In this document: one piece after another, positions 8,999 to 17,367 of the stretch
Position numbering within the stretch: position 1 is the first letter of the stretch
Layout: the number at the start of each line of letters is the position of its first letter
Source: Bdellovibrionales bacterium
GTDB lineage: Bacteria; Bdellovibrionota; Bdellovibrionia; Bdellovibrionales; UBA840
DNA length: 18,664 bases
Direction: 5' to 3'
NCBI GenBank assembly: GCA_037969075.1
Contig: JBBKWS010000095.1
Span: 1 to 18,664 of the forward strand
The notes under the pieces: model-generated
The model's input: only the letters and a program-made list of their open reading frames with translations
Told to the model about the DNA's origin: nothing
Databases searched by the model: none
Position numbers and translations under genes: made by a program

Positions 8999-9155
8999 TG
9001 ACTTCTCCTTGCTTAAAATCATTATCTTCTAAAAGTAGTAACGGTGGCGTGTCAAGATCATCAAACTGACCTGATTGATTCGCCTTAATAAAGCACCATA
9101 AAAAAAATACGGCCAAACCAAACGCTAGTGGAATTAAAATCACAATTATATTCAT
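8979..9155 (-). CDS. ccoS: cbb3-type oxidase assembly protein CcoS (FixS)
   Basis: MNIIVILIPLAFGLAVFFLWCFIKANQSGQFDDLDTP matches the CcoS signature (TM helix + SGQFDDL). The ATG at 9155 overlaps the ccoI stop as ATGA. Confidence 0.92.
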   Translation of the reverse strand: MNIIVILIPLAFGLAVFFLWCFIKANQSGQFDDLDTPPLLLLEDNDFKQGEVSDKRKS

Positions 9156-11230
9156 TTCATTATCCAAAGAGTATTGCATATTAATACTAGCGAGCTAATG
9201 GGCATTAGTATAGCCGCCGCCAATGGATTGATAAACCCGAGCAAGGCCAAAATACCCGCCAAAGAGTTATACACAAAAGATATTGTCATATTTGAAATCA
9301 AGCATTTGCGTAGTCGTTTGGCAATTGTAATCAAGTGAGGTAAAGACGAAATCCCGCCATTTAAAAAATACACATCTGCCTGCTCTAAACTTAAACTAAC
9401 GTTACCCCTAGTTGATATTCCTACATCGGCGCCTTGTAGGGCCAATACATCATTAATACCATCACCTATCATAATTGAGTTTTTATGATTCTTTATGATT
9501 TTTAGTTTTTCACTAGGGGTCTTGTCTGAAAAAATCCTATCCTTTGGAATATTTAACTTACTTCCAACTTCCAACGCATTCATCTGAGTGTCGCCAGTCA
9601 ATAGATATAGTCTTTTATCTTGCAGCTTTTCAATAGAGCCATAAGTCATTTCTCTTATTTGATCTTCAAATGCATAAGATACAATCTTTAGATTGTCAGC
9701 GTACAGATCAACAATAATTTTATTAGAATTATTGCCACTTTTTTTTAATTGATAAAATACTCCATCAATTGCACCTTCAACGCCAATGCCTATATTTTCT
9801 TTAAAGCCACTTACCGGTAAATCCTTAAACTCTCTCCCCCATGATTTTCTGAAAGCAAAGGCTACAGGATGAGAAGATGTCTTTTCTAGATTTAAAATAA
9901 TATTAGCGTGTTCCGCGCCCGAATCAGTGATTAGTTCTAGTTGACCGTAGGTCAACGTGCCCGTCTTATCAAAAAAAATATTTTTCACTTTATTAAGTTT
10001 ATCAAAAATATTTTGCTTTTTAACAAGAATGTCTGCTCCTCTGGCTCTATGTACTGCCATAGCATAGGCAAGAGGTGTCCCCAAGGCCAACGCGCATGGG
10101 CACGCAACAATCAACAGGGCAAGAGATCTTTGAAACCCCTCTAGAGGATTTATTGGTAAGTAATATATAAAAAATAAAATCGCAACAGTGAAAATAGTGA
10201 AAATCAAATAGTGCGAAGCCTTATCTGATGCTTGAGAGAACGTACCCTTGGTCTTCTTTACCTCTTCAACTTTTTGAATCAATTGGTATAACTGACTAGT
10301 TCTAAATGAGTTAATTGCTTTTACTACAACGCCCTCTGATAACGCTATACTCCCGCTTCCTAACTCCATATCACTATTGAATACTCTTGGTAGGGATTCA
10401 CCGCTAACAAATGATGTATCAAATTCAGCATATGGATTCACTAACGTAGCATCCACGGGTAGCACCATGCCTTGCCTTAAATAAAACTGATCCCCTTTTT
10501 GTATATCTTCCGCCTTAAAGGATACGCCTGTCTCGACTCTGATATATTTCGCGCTATTTACTTGATCGTATAAATTATCAACATAAACATAGTGCTGTTG
10601 TACCCGTCTTAAGAGATACCTAGATGTCAGTATTAAAAAAACAAAGCTAGCGGTAGAATCAAAATATAAAAAATCATATTTTTTTATAAAAATATTGTAG
10701 CATGACAATACAAAGCCCGTAGTTAATGCAACCGCAATTGGCAAATCAATGCTTAATGTTTTTGTTTTTAGTGCGCTGAATGCGTTTTTATAAAAATCTA
10801 AAGAACAATATCCTAAAACTGGTAAAAATAAAAATAGACTCAGAAAAACGAAGGACGTTTTATAGGCGCCCTCTTCAACTCCTGTATATAGCGGAATTGT
10901 GAACAGCATGATGTTCGCTGTTAAAAACCCAGCGACAGCGAGTTTGTTTAATAACCTTTTATTTTCATTTTTTTCTAAAAGAAAGCCCTCCGACTCATTT
11001 TTCAAAAATTTGGCTGTAAATCCGATTTTTGAAATCAAGGCTGTTACTTCATCGACACTTACCTTTGAGTCAACCCTGGCCTCTAATAATGACTGACCAA
11101 AATAAAGGTGAGCATAATGTATATTAGGGTGCATATCTTTTAATTTCTCTAATTTTCCAATACAAGAATGACAACGAATTCCATCTATGTGAAATAGATA
11201 AGATGAAAGCGCTTCTTGTGCTTGTTCCAT
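9152..11230 (-). CDS. ccoI: Copper-translocating P1B-type ATPase CcoI (FixI)
   Basis: HMA motif GIRCHSC, SGES, ACPCALAL, FFDKTGTLT, SSHP, GDGIND and YN...MPISS. The ATG at 11230 has an AGGTGG RBS; the track start is GTG at 11239. First gene of the cco cluster. Confidence 0.9.
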   Translation of the reverse strand: MEQAQEALSSYLFHIDGIRCHSCIGKLEKLKDMHPNIHYAHLYFGQSLLEARVDSKVSVDEVTALISKIGFTAKFLKNESEGFLLEKNENKRLLNKLAVAGFLTANIMLFTIPLYTGVEEGAYKTSFVFLSLFLFLPVLGYCSLDFYKNAFSALKTKTLSIDLPIAVALTTGFVLSCYNIFIKKYDFLYFDSTASFVFLILTSRYLLRRVQQHYVYVDNLYDQVNSAKYIRVETGVSFKAEDIQKGDQFYLRQGMVLPVDATLVNPYAEFDTSFVSGESLPRVFNSDMELGSGSIALSEGVVVKAINSFRTSQLYQLIQKVEEVKKTKGTFSQASDKASHYLIFTIFTVAILFFIYYLPINPLEGFQRSLALLIVACPCALALGTPLAYAMAVHRARGADILVKKQNIFDKLNKVKNIFFDKTGTLTYGQLELITDSGAEHANIILNLEKTSSHPVAFAFRKSWGREFKDLPVSGFKENIGIGVEGAIDGVFYQLKKSGNNSNKIIVDLYADNLKIVSYAFEDQIREMTYGSIEKLQDKRLYLLTGDTQMNALEVGSKLNIPKDRIFSDKTPSEKLKIIKNHKNSIMIGDGINDVLALQGADVGISTRGNVSLSLEQADVYFLNGGISSLPHLITIAKRLRKCLISNMTISFVYNSLAGILALLGFINPLAAAILMPISSLVLICNTLWIMK

Positions 11231-11278
11231 TGCGACCACCTGAAGTAAGTATAATTAGCTATAAAATAGCATATTGAC

Positions 11279-11294
11279 TATGATTCATATCATA
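11279..11294. promoter_or_regulatory. Fnr-type binding site upstream of the cco operon
   Basis: Palindrome TATGAT-TCAT-ATCATA contains the TGAT-N4-ATCA core of the FNR box (TTGAT-N4-ATCAA). It lies about 40-45 nt upstream of the start implied by a minus-strand -10 TATACT (11253-11248). Confidence 0.65.
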
Positions 11295-11369
11295 TTTCAA
11301 CAAATTGACCGCCACGTTTGCTCTCTTTTTAATCATTAAATATACGTAATGCACAAAAGAGATAAAGTA

Positions 11370-11397
11370 TTGCATCACTCACTTATCAGCGTAAAAT
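11370..11397 (+). promoter_or_regulatory. Putative sigma70 promoter of the hydrolase / GNAT-PEPC operon (probably leaderless)
   Basis: TTGCAT (11370-11375), a 16-nt spacer, TAAAAT (11392-11397), 6 nt, then ATG (11404). No Shine-Dalgarno sequence. Confidence 0.45.
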
Positions 11398-11403
11398 ACT
11401 TGG

Positions 11404-12300
11404 ATGACAAATACCATACGAGTTGCCTCACTACAGTACTTTATCCGCCCCGTTCGCTCTTTTGATGACTTTGCCCTACAGGTCGAAGCATTGGTAGAAA
11501 CAGCAAAGGATTACAAAGTAAAACTTTTAGTATTTCCTGAATACTTTACTACGCAATTGCTGACTCTTGGCAATATCAAGCGCCCGATTGCAGAGCAAAT
11601 TAGGGACCTTGCTGGGCAAGAAGACAAAACCGTAGATTTTATTGCTGGTCTTTCAAAAAAACATAAGTTGATTATTGTTGGCGGAACACTTCCTGGATTT
11701 AATGAAGACAAAACTAAAGTTTTAAATAAGTGTTATGTGTTTTCACCAGATGGCAGTCAAAACTTACAGGCCAAACTTCATATGACTAGATTTGAAAAAG
11801 AAGAGTGGCTAGTTAGTTCGGGCTCACGCCTACGAATTTTTGAAACAGACTTTGGTAAATTTGCAGTAACCATTTGCTACGATGTAGAATTTCCTGAAAT
11901 TGCCAGAACCGCAGCCCGTCTTGGTGCGCAGTTTTTAGTAGTCCCTAGCTGTACAGATGACCGTCAAGGTTACTTACGAGTAAGATATTGCGCACAAGCT
12001 AGAGCTATAGAAAATCAAATGTATGTAATACACTCGCCTACTGTAGGATCTTTACCAACCGTACCGGCTGTATCTTTAAATTATGGGCAAGCGGCTATCT
12101 ACACTCCAAGTGATTATGCATTTTCAAGAGACGGCTTATTAGCCGAGGGCGCAGTGAACCAAGAGAGTATGATCATTGGTGAGATCAATTTAGGTCTTAT
12201 TGATGAAGCCAGAAAAAATGGTACTGTGTTACCTCTTCGAGATAGTCAAACTACAGAAGAACTACTGAAAGTGGTAGATCATGTCAGACTCTCCAATTAG
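11404..12300 (+). CDS. Carbon-nitrogen hydrolase (nitrilase superfamily), YhcX-like subgroup
   Basis: Catalytic triad E46 (VFPEYF), K124 (QAKLHMT) and C158 (ICYDVEFPE). VPSCTDDRQGYLRVRYCAQARAIENQ is typical of the GNAT-associated subgroup. Confidence 0.92.
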   Translation: MTNTIRVASLQYFIRPVRSFDDFALQVEALVETAKDYKVKLLVFPEYFTTQLLTLGNIKRPIAEQIRDLAGQEDKTVDFIAGLSKKHKLIIVGGTLPGFNEDKTKVLNKCYVFSPDGSQNLQAKLHMTRFEKEEWLVSSGSRLRIFETDFGKFAVTICYDVEFPEIARTAARLGAQFLVVPSCTDDRQGYLRVRYCAQARAIENQMYVIHSPTVGSLPTVPAVSLNYGQAAIYTPSDYAFSRDGLLAEGAVNQESMIIGEINLGLIDEARKNGTVLPLRDSQTTEELLKVVDHVRLSN

Positions 12301-15283
12301 TCGCACCTATGTATTAATTAACCCTCGACCAAAGCACTTCGAACAAATTCAAGAGCTTTGTAAGCGGGTTTATCCATTTTCAAAACCTTGGTCTCTAGAG
12401 CAGCTCGAGTCACACCGCGCTTGTTTTCCTGACGGACAATTGATTGTCGTCGAAGAAGAAACTGAAAAGGTAGTGGGTCTTGCGTTTAGTTTAATTGTTA
12501 TGTGGAACGATTATTCATCTCAAGATAACTGGAAAGATTTTACCTCTGGTGGTTTTTTTCATAATCACAATCCCAACAAAGGTAAGACTCTATACGGAGC
12601 AGAGGTAATGGTCGATCCTGAGTTGCGCGGTCAAGGTATTGGAAAAATGCTTTATCAGGGGCGAAAACAAATCGTTGAGAAATATGGACTCAAAAGAATC
12701 CGCGCTGGTGCTAGATTAAGAGGTTATGGGAAGTTTCAAGACAAGTTAGAACCAGACGCATATGTTAAGCAAGTGGTTGAAAAAAAGATATATGATCCAA
12801 CACTTAGCTTTCAACTCAATCAAGGGTTTGAGGTTATCGACGTTGCTCCTAACTATTTATTTAATGATCCTGAGAGCCTAGGTTATGCAGCCGTCATCGA
12901 ATGGCTTAATCCAAACACTGCCTCTCAAAAGGATATCGACAAGCAACAACACCGAATCAAAAACTTTTTAGAAGACGAAAAACTTGTATTAGAGTTTTTA
13001 CCACGAGAGCTTAGACGACTTGTCAGAAAAGCCACTCTTACCTTAGGGCAAATCATAAGAGAATCCGAAGGAGATAAGTTTTTTAGGCGGGTTGAATATT
13101 ACCGAGAGCAACTTAAAAAAACCAGAAAGACAAAAAGTAAAGAGCGCTTAATACAACTGCTAGCTGAGCTAAAAAAAGAAAGTAAGGCTGATAGACAAAA
13201 GCTAGCTCACGCATTTTCTTTACAATTAGAATTAGTTAATATTTGTGAAGCAGCATACAGAACCTGGAGACTTCGACAAAAGCCCATCACTCAAGGTGTT
13301 AAATCGAAATTAAGCCTAACCTACGTACTAACCGCCCATCCTACTGAGGCAAGATCAAAATTAAATGTAGAAATCTTAAATAAATTAGAAAAATTATTCA
13401 TAGATGCTATTCATGGTAATTTTTTATTTAATGATGATGAGCTATCTAGTAAAATGCGAATGATTTGGCTGCATCCGCTTTCGAAGATAAATACTCCAAC
13501 AGTATTGGATGAAGCTGAGTATATGTACTCTCTAATCTTTTCACCAGATTTGTTTGATTTTATATTAAGCGATAAGCCCAGCTATGATCTAAAGCTGCGA
13601 ACATGGGTGGGCGGAGACAAAGATGGTCACCCGTATGTAAATAAAGACGTAATGAAAGAATGTTTAAACCGATCTAGAACTTACATACTAGAAATAGTAC
13701 AAGAAAAAATCGAACTAGTTTTATCTGATTTAAATAAGCTAAAAGATTCTGGTAAAATTAAAAAAAGTGAAGTTGATGGACTCAAGTCCTTAATTATCGG
13801 TCTTAAAAAGTTACAAACTATCACTACAGGTGATGGTACAAAACTTAAAACATGGACCATGAAATATCATTCTACTTTAAAAGGCGCTGGAAAATTAGTT
13901 AAAAGACACTCACAGATTTTATTAATAAATCGATTACTAATAATGTTTCCCGCTTTTGTGTTTCCAATAGAGCTTCGGGAAGATGCGGGATTGATTAAAG
14001 ATGGGCTAAAAGATAACTCATCCGCTATCCGAGGAATGTTAAGTGAGTTGAGTAAGGCAGCTGGGGCTCTAGATATTACATCTTATGCTCGCGGCTTAGT
14101 CATTTCACATTGTGAATCTGCAGAAGACATCGAGAATGCTTGCAATCTCGTATACCAAGTAACCAAGAGAAAAACTCTACCCGTTATCCCATTGTTTGAA
14201 ACAAACAATGCCTTAGTTAACGCTAAGAAAATATTACGCAATTGGCTTAAAGAAAGAAAAAATCAAGACCTCGCCATTAGACAGTGGGGCGGAAGATTTG
14301 AAACCATGCTTGGATACTCAGACTCTTCTAAACAAACAGGGGTATTACCCAGTCGCTACTTAATAGCTAAAGCTATGGTAGAAATTGAAAAAGTGATTAA
14401 AAGCACAGGCATTAAACCTATATTTTTTCATGGATCAGGCGGAAGTGTCGCCAGGGGTGGTGGCAGCCTAAAAGAGCAAATTGCTTGGTGGCCAAATTCT
14501 GCCATAGATAATCCAAAGTTTACCGTACAAGGCGAAATGATCCAGCGGCAGTTTGCTACGAAAGAAATTTTAAATTCTCAATGTATCCATATGGCCAATG
14601 AATCCAGAAGAAGAAAGTTAAGGTCTGTACAACTTGATCAGAGCAAAGAGCTAGAAAATTTTGTAAGTTTGGTTCAAACTGAATATACAAAATTAGTTGA
14701 GAATGGACCGCTCTTAACTAAACTTTTAGAGGCCACTCCATATCGCTACCTAGATAAATTAAAAATTGGCTCTAGACCATCCAAGCGTCCTGGAAAAGTC
14801 GTGTCTTTATCAGCACTGCGTGCCATACCATGGGTGCTTTGTTGGACTCAATCCAGAGCCCTGCTGCCCACATGGTGGGGTGTTGGCGCTGCTTGGAAAG
14901 CCCTAAGTGTAGAAGAAAGAAAGAAGATCGTAGATCTATTTTCTACTAGTCCTTTTTTATCTTCTTTCGTAAAGGCCCTAGGATTTTCTTTGGCTAAGGT
15001 TGAGCTTGAGATATGGGAGCTTTACTTTGCTAAAAACGCAGATGACCAATTGTTTAAGGATTTAAAAAAAGAATATCTAGGTGCAATAAAATTCGTTTTA
15101 GAGGTTAGTCAGCAAAAAACTCTCATTTGGCATAGACCATGGCTTGAAGAAAGTATAAAACTTAGATCCTCAAATATTCACATTTTAAATTTACTTCAAA
15201 TTATAGCTATCAATGATGCAGACGAAACTTTATTAAAAGAAACTATCGTAGGAATTGCTTGCGGTATGTTAACGACCGGCTAA
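12281..15283 (+). CDS. ppc: GNAT N-acetyltransferase - phosphoenolpyruvate carboxylase fusion protein
   Basis: Residues 1-211 are GNAT ([53 protein letters not shown]). Residues ~240-1000 are bacterial-type PEPC ([82 protein letters not shown]). One uninterrupted frame. Confidence 0.9.
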   Translation: MSDSPISRTYVLINPRPKHFEQIQELCKRVYPFSKPWSLEQLESHRACFPDGQLIVVEEETEKVVGLAFSLIVMWNDYSSQDNWKDFTSGGFFHNHNPNKGKTLYGAEVMVDPELRGQGIGKMLYQGRKQIVEKYGLKRIRAGARLRGYGKFQDKLEPDAYVKQVVEKKIYDPTLSFQLNQGFEVIDVAPNYLFNDPESLGYAAVIEWLNPNTASQKDIDKQQHRIKNFLEDEKLVLEFLPRELRRLVRKATLTLGQIIRESEGDKFFRRVEYYREQLKKTRKTKSKERLIQLLAELKKESKADRQKLAHAFSLQLELVNICEAAYRTWRLRQKPITQGVKSKLSLTYVLTAHPTEARSKLNVEILNKLEKLFIDAIHGNFLFNDDELSSKMRMIWLHPLSKINTPTVLDEAEYMYSLIFSPDLFDFILSDKPSYDLKLRTWVGGDKDGHPYVNKDVMKECLNRSRTYILEIVQEKIELVLSDLNKLKDSGKIKKSEVDGLKSLIIGLKKLQTITTGDGTKLKTWTMKYHSTLKGAGKLVKRHSQILLINRLLIMFPAFVFPIELREDAGLIKDGLKDNSSAIRGMLSELSKAAGALDITSYARGLVISHCESAEDIENACNLVYQVTKRKTLPVIPLFETNNALVNAKKILRNWLKERKNQDLAIRQWGGRFETMLGYSDSSKQTGVLPSRYLIAKAMVEIEKVIKSTGIKPIFFHGSGGSVARGGGSLKEQIAWWPNSAIDNPKFTVQGEMIQRQFATKEILNSQCIHMANESRRRKLRSVQLDQSKELENFVSLVQTEYTKLVENGPLLTKLLEATPYRYLDKLKIGSRPSKRPGKVVSLSALRAIPWVLCWTQSRALLPTWWGVGAAWKALSVEERKKIVDLFSTSPFLSSFVKALGFSLAKVELEIWELYFAKNADDQLFKDLKKEYLGAIKFVLEVSQQKTLIWHRPWLEESIKLRSSNIHILNLLQIIAINDADETLLKETIVGIACGMLTTG

Positions 15284-15290
15284 CTTGAAT

Positions 15291-15752
15291 ATGTTAAATA
15301 TTTATATAGATGCAGATGCTTGCCCCGTAAAAGATGAAACCTATAAGGTAGCCGCACGTTATAAATTAAAAGTATTTGTTGTGGCAAATTCATATATAAA
15401 TATTCCACTTAGTCCACTCATTGAGATGGTACAGGTCAGCGGGGGCTTTGACGCCGCAGATGACTGGATCGTTGAGCGCGCAGAAAAAGGAGACATTGTC
15501 ATAACCACTGACATCCTTCTTGCTGATCGCTGCATTAAAAATGCAGTCCGTGTCTTGGGACATAAAGGTGTTGAGTTTACAGAAGATAATATTGGTTCCG
15601 CAGTTGCTCAAAGAGAATTAATGGAAAATTTAAGACATATGGGAGAGATGGGCGGCGGCCCTAAACCAATGCAAAAACAGGACCGCTCACATTTTTTAGG
15701 GAAACTCGATCAAATCATTCAAGCCATTCGTAAATCCAGCCCTAAAAACTAG
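15291..15752 (+). CDS. yaiI: YaiI/YqxD family protein (UPF0178/DUF188, PIN-like fold)
   Basis: [31 protein letters not shown] and [13 protein letters not shown]...LD. The start is ATG at 15291 or TTG at 15285. Confidence 0.9.
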   Translation: MLNIYIDADACPVKDETYKVAARYKLKVFVVANSYINIPLSPLIEMVQVSGGFDAADDWIVERAEKGDIVITTDILLADRCIKNAVRVLGHKGVEFTEDNIGSAVAQRELMENLRHMGEMGGGPKPMQKQDRSHFLGKLDQIIQAIRKSSPKN

Positions 15753-15776
15753 GGCCAGAAAATATATTTATTATGT

Positions 15777-16205
15777 CTACTCGTTTCTCATAGGGTGATC
15801 GTTCATTAGCTCCACCGGGAGGGCTTCCTCCTCTACAGAAGCGGGCTCTCTGTAGCTGTTACCCACACCTAATGCAGATAGAGTTTCGCTGTTAATTTTT
15901 CCTGTAATTGAAAGTTCGCGGTCCGTTTGAAACTCTCTAATAGCTTGCTGCGTATTAGGACCAACCACTCCGTCTACCCTAACTTTGTAGCCTTCATCTT
16001 TTAGCGCGCTCTGCATGGATCTAACTGTATCAACCTCAACCATACGAATCGTCTTATCAGACATATTGGTATTTTGCATATGCCGCATATCTCTACCTTG
16101 CATATTATGCATATAGTTACTGCCCGAATAGGAGTTATCAGCAGAAGCTATTACTCCTAAACCTGATACCATCATTGCAACCAGTATCTTTCTTTTTGCC
16201 TTCAT
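15777..16205 (-). CDS. Secreted peptidoglycan-binding domain protein (PG_binding_1)
   Basis: AAGGAG RBS and a signal peptide. VRSMQSALKDEGYKVRVDGVVGPNTQQAIREFQ..RELSITG.I..ETL..LG is the PGBD consensus. No catalytic domain is visible. Confidence 0.85.
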   Translation of the reverse strand: MKAKRKILVAMMVSGLGVIASADNSYSGSNYMHNMQGRDMRHMQNTNMSDKTIRMVEVDTVRSMQSALKDEGYKVRVDGVVGPNTQQAIREFQTDRELSITGKINSETLSALGVGNSYREPASVEEEALPVELMNDHPMRNE

Positions 16206-16270
16206 AACAACTTCTCCTTTAAAAAAGTTTTGTTACTAGCGACTATAATTTAAAGAGATCTAAAAATCCT

Positions 16271-17188
16271 TTAGAGGTTATGAAGTAAAGCTGAAGAATT
16301 AGTAACACTTGCTACTTTCTGCCTGTGCGAGCCTTGTTTACGACTGCTAAACATATGATATTCTTGACATGCCACTCTGGCTGTAACCACCGCTGCCGCC
16401 TGCGATGAACCTGTTTTGTAACCAAATCTGTTTTGAGGTAATGACGAGTAAATTTTACTGCCTTTAGCAGCCAGGTTCGGCTTGTTATGATTTCGATTAC
16501 TAGTAACTAATATTTCGCCGTCATTGTTGGTAGCAACTACAGATAATACATTAGGAAGCTCGTAGGCCGCCGGGTAAAATCTATAATCTTTTTCGCCCAA
16601 ACGCTTGTTACCTGCTGCTGCCACGATTTGAATACCTAGGCTCTGCGCTATTTTAAAAAGATTTAATTCTTCAGAATTCTTCGTTCTTCCACCGGCAGAT
16701 ATATTTATTATATCTGCTTTTTTGTCTATAGCGTAATGTAAGGATTTTAAAAATGCATTTTGCTGTTCTTTATAGGTCATACCTTTTTTATAAAACTTTA
16801 GCACCATGAACTCATAAGCGACCTCGGGGTCGATTTGAGTAATATTACTTTTTATAACTCCAGCTATATGAGTTCCATGCCCCTCAGTATCCACAACATT
16901 CTTAGAGTTGTCAGAAAAGCTCCAACCACTTACATCATCGACCAAACCGTTTTTATCATCATCTATATTATTTGAAGATTTTTGATTTCCATATCGGTCA
17001 ATCCCTGTCTCGCCAGGATTTACCCACATATTGTTTTTTAGATATTCATGCTGTGTATCTATGCCAGTATCAATAATAGCAATTTTAATCTTTTTAACAT
17101 TTTCAGGGGCAAAAGCTGGCGCCGTAGATGTAATTAAAATTAACATCCCAATCAGTACTGATAGTGCTGTAATAAAGACTTTGCTCAA
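16271..17188 (-). CDS. Subtilisin-like S8 family serine peptidase
   Basis: IAIIDTG (Asp), GHGTHIAG (His), AAAGN (oxyanion Asn) and TGSSQAA (Ser). NPGE...DDDKNGLVDDVSGW insert and a hydrophobic N-terminus. TTG start. Confidence 0.9.
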   Translation of the reverse strand: MSKVFITALSVLIGMLILITSTAPAFAPENVKKIKIAIIDTGIDTQHEYLKNNMWVNPGETGIDRYGNQKSSNNIDDDKNGLVDDVSGWSFSDNSKNVVDTEGHGTHIAGVIKSNITQIDPEVAYEFMVLKFYKKGMTYKEQQNAFLKSLHYAIDKKADIINISAGGRTKNSEELNLFKIAQSLGIQIVAAAGNKRLGEKDYRFYPAAYELPNVLSVVATNNDGEILVTSNRNHNKPNLAAKGSKIYSSLPQNRFGYKTGSSQAAAVVTARVACQEYHMFSSRKQGSHRQKVASVTNSSALLHNL

Positions 17189-17367
17189 TATAATTTTCCC
17201 AAATTAATCCCAACTTCATTCTATCATGTCTTAAAATAGAAATCGTTAAAAAATGGCTCCCACGGACTTATTAGGAATATTTTTCTAGATTTATTTTAAA
17301 CCATATAAATTGACTAAGCATTGTCTAAAGATGGTGTAATTACGGTAAAAGTATTTTAGAGTGCGCC

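Noticed and set aside
11361..11387. GATAAAGT ... ACTTATC imperfect palindrome around the hydrolase -35 region
   Set aside because: It needs a bulge to pair and matches no operator I recognise; plausible by chance.
9941..11711. Short ORFs at 9941-10144, 10899-11096 and 11511-11711
   Set aside because: Antisense to ccoI or the hydrolase; shadow ORFs.
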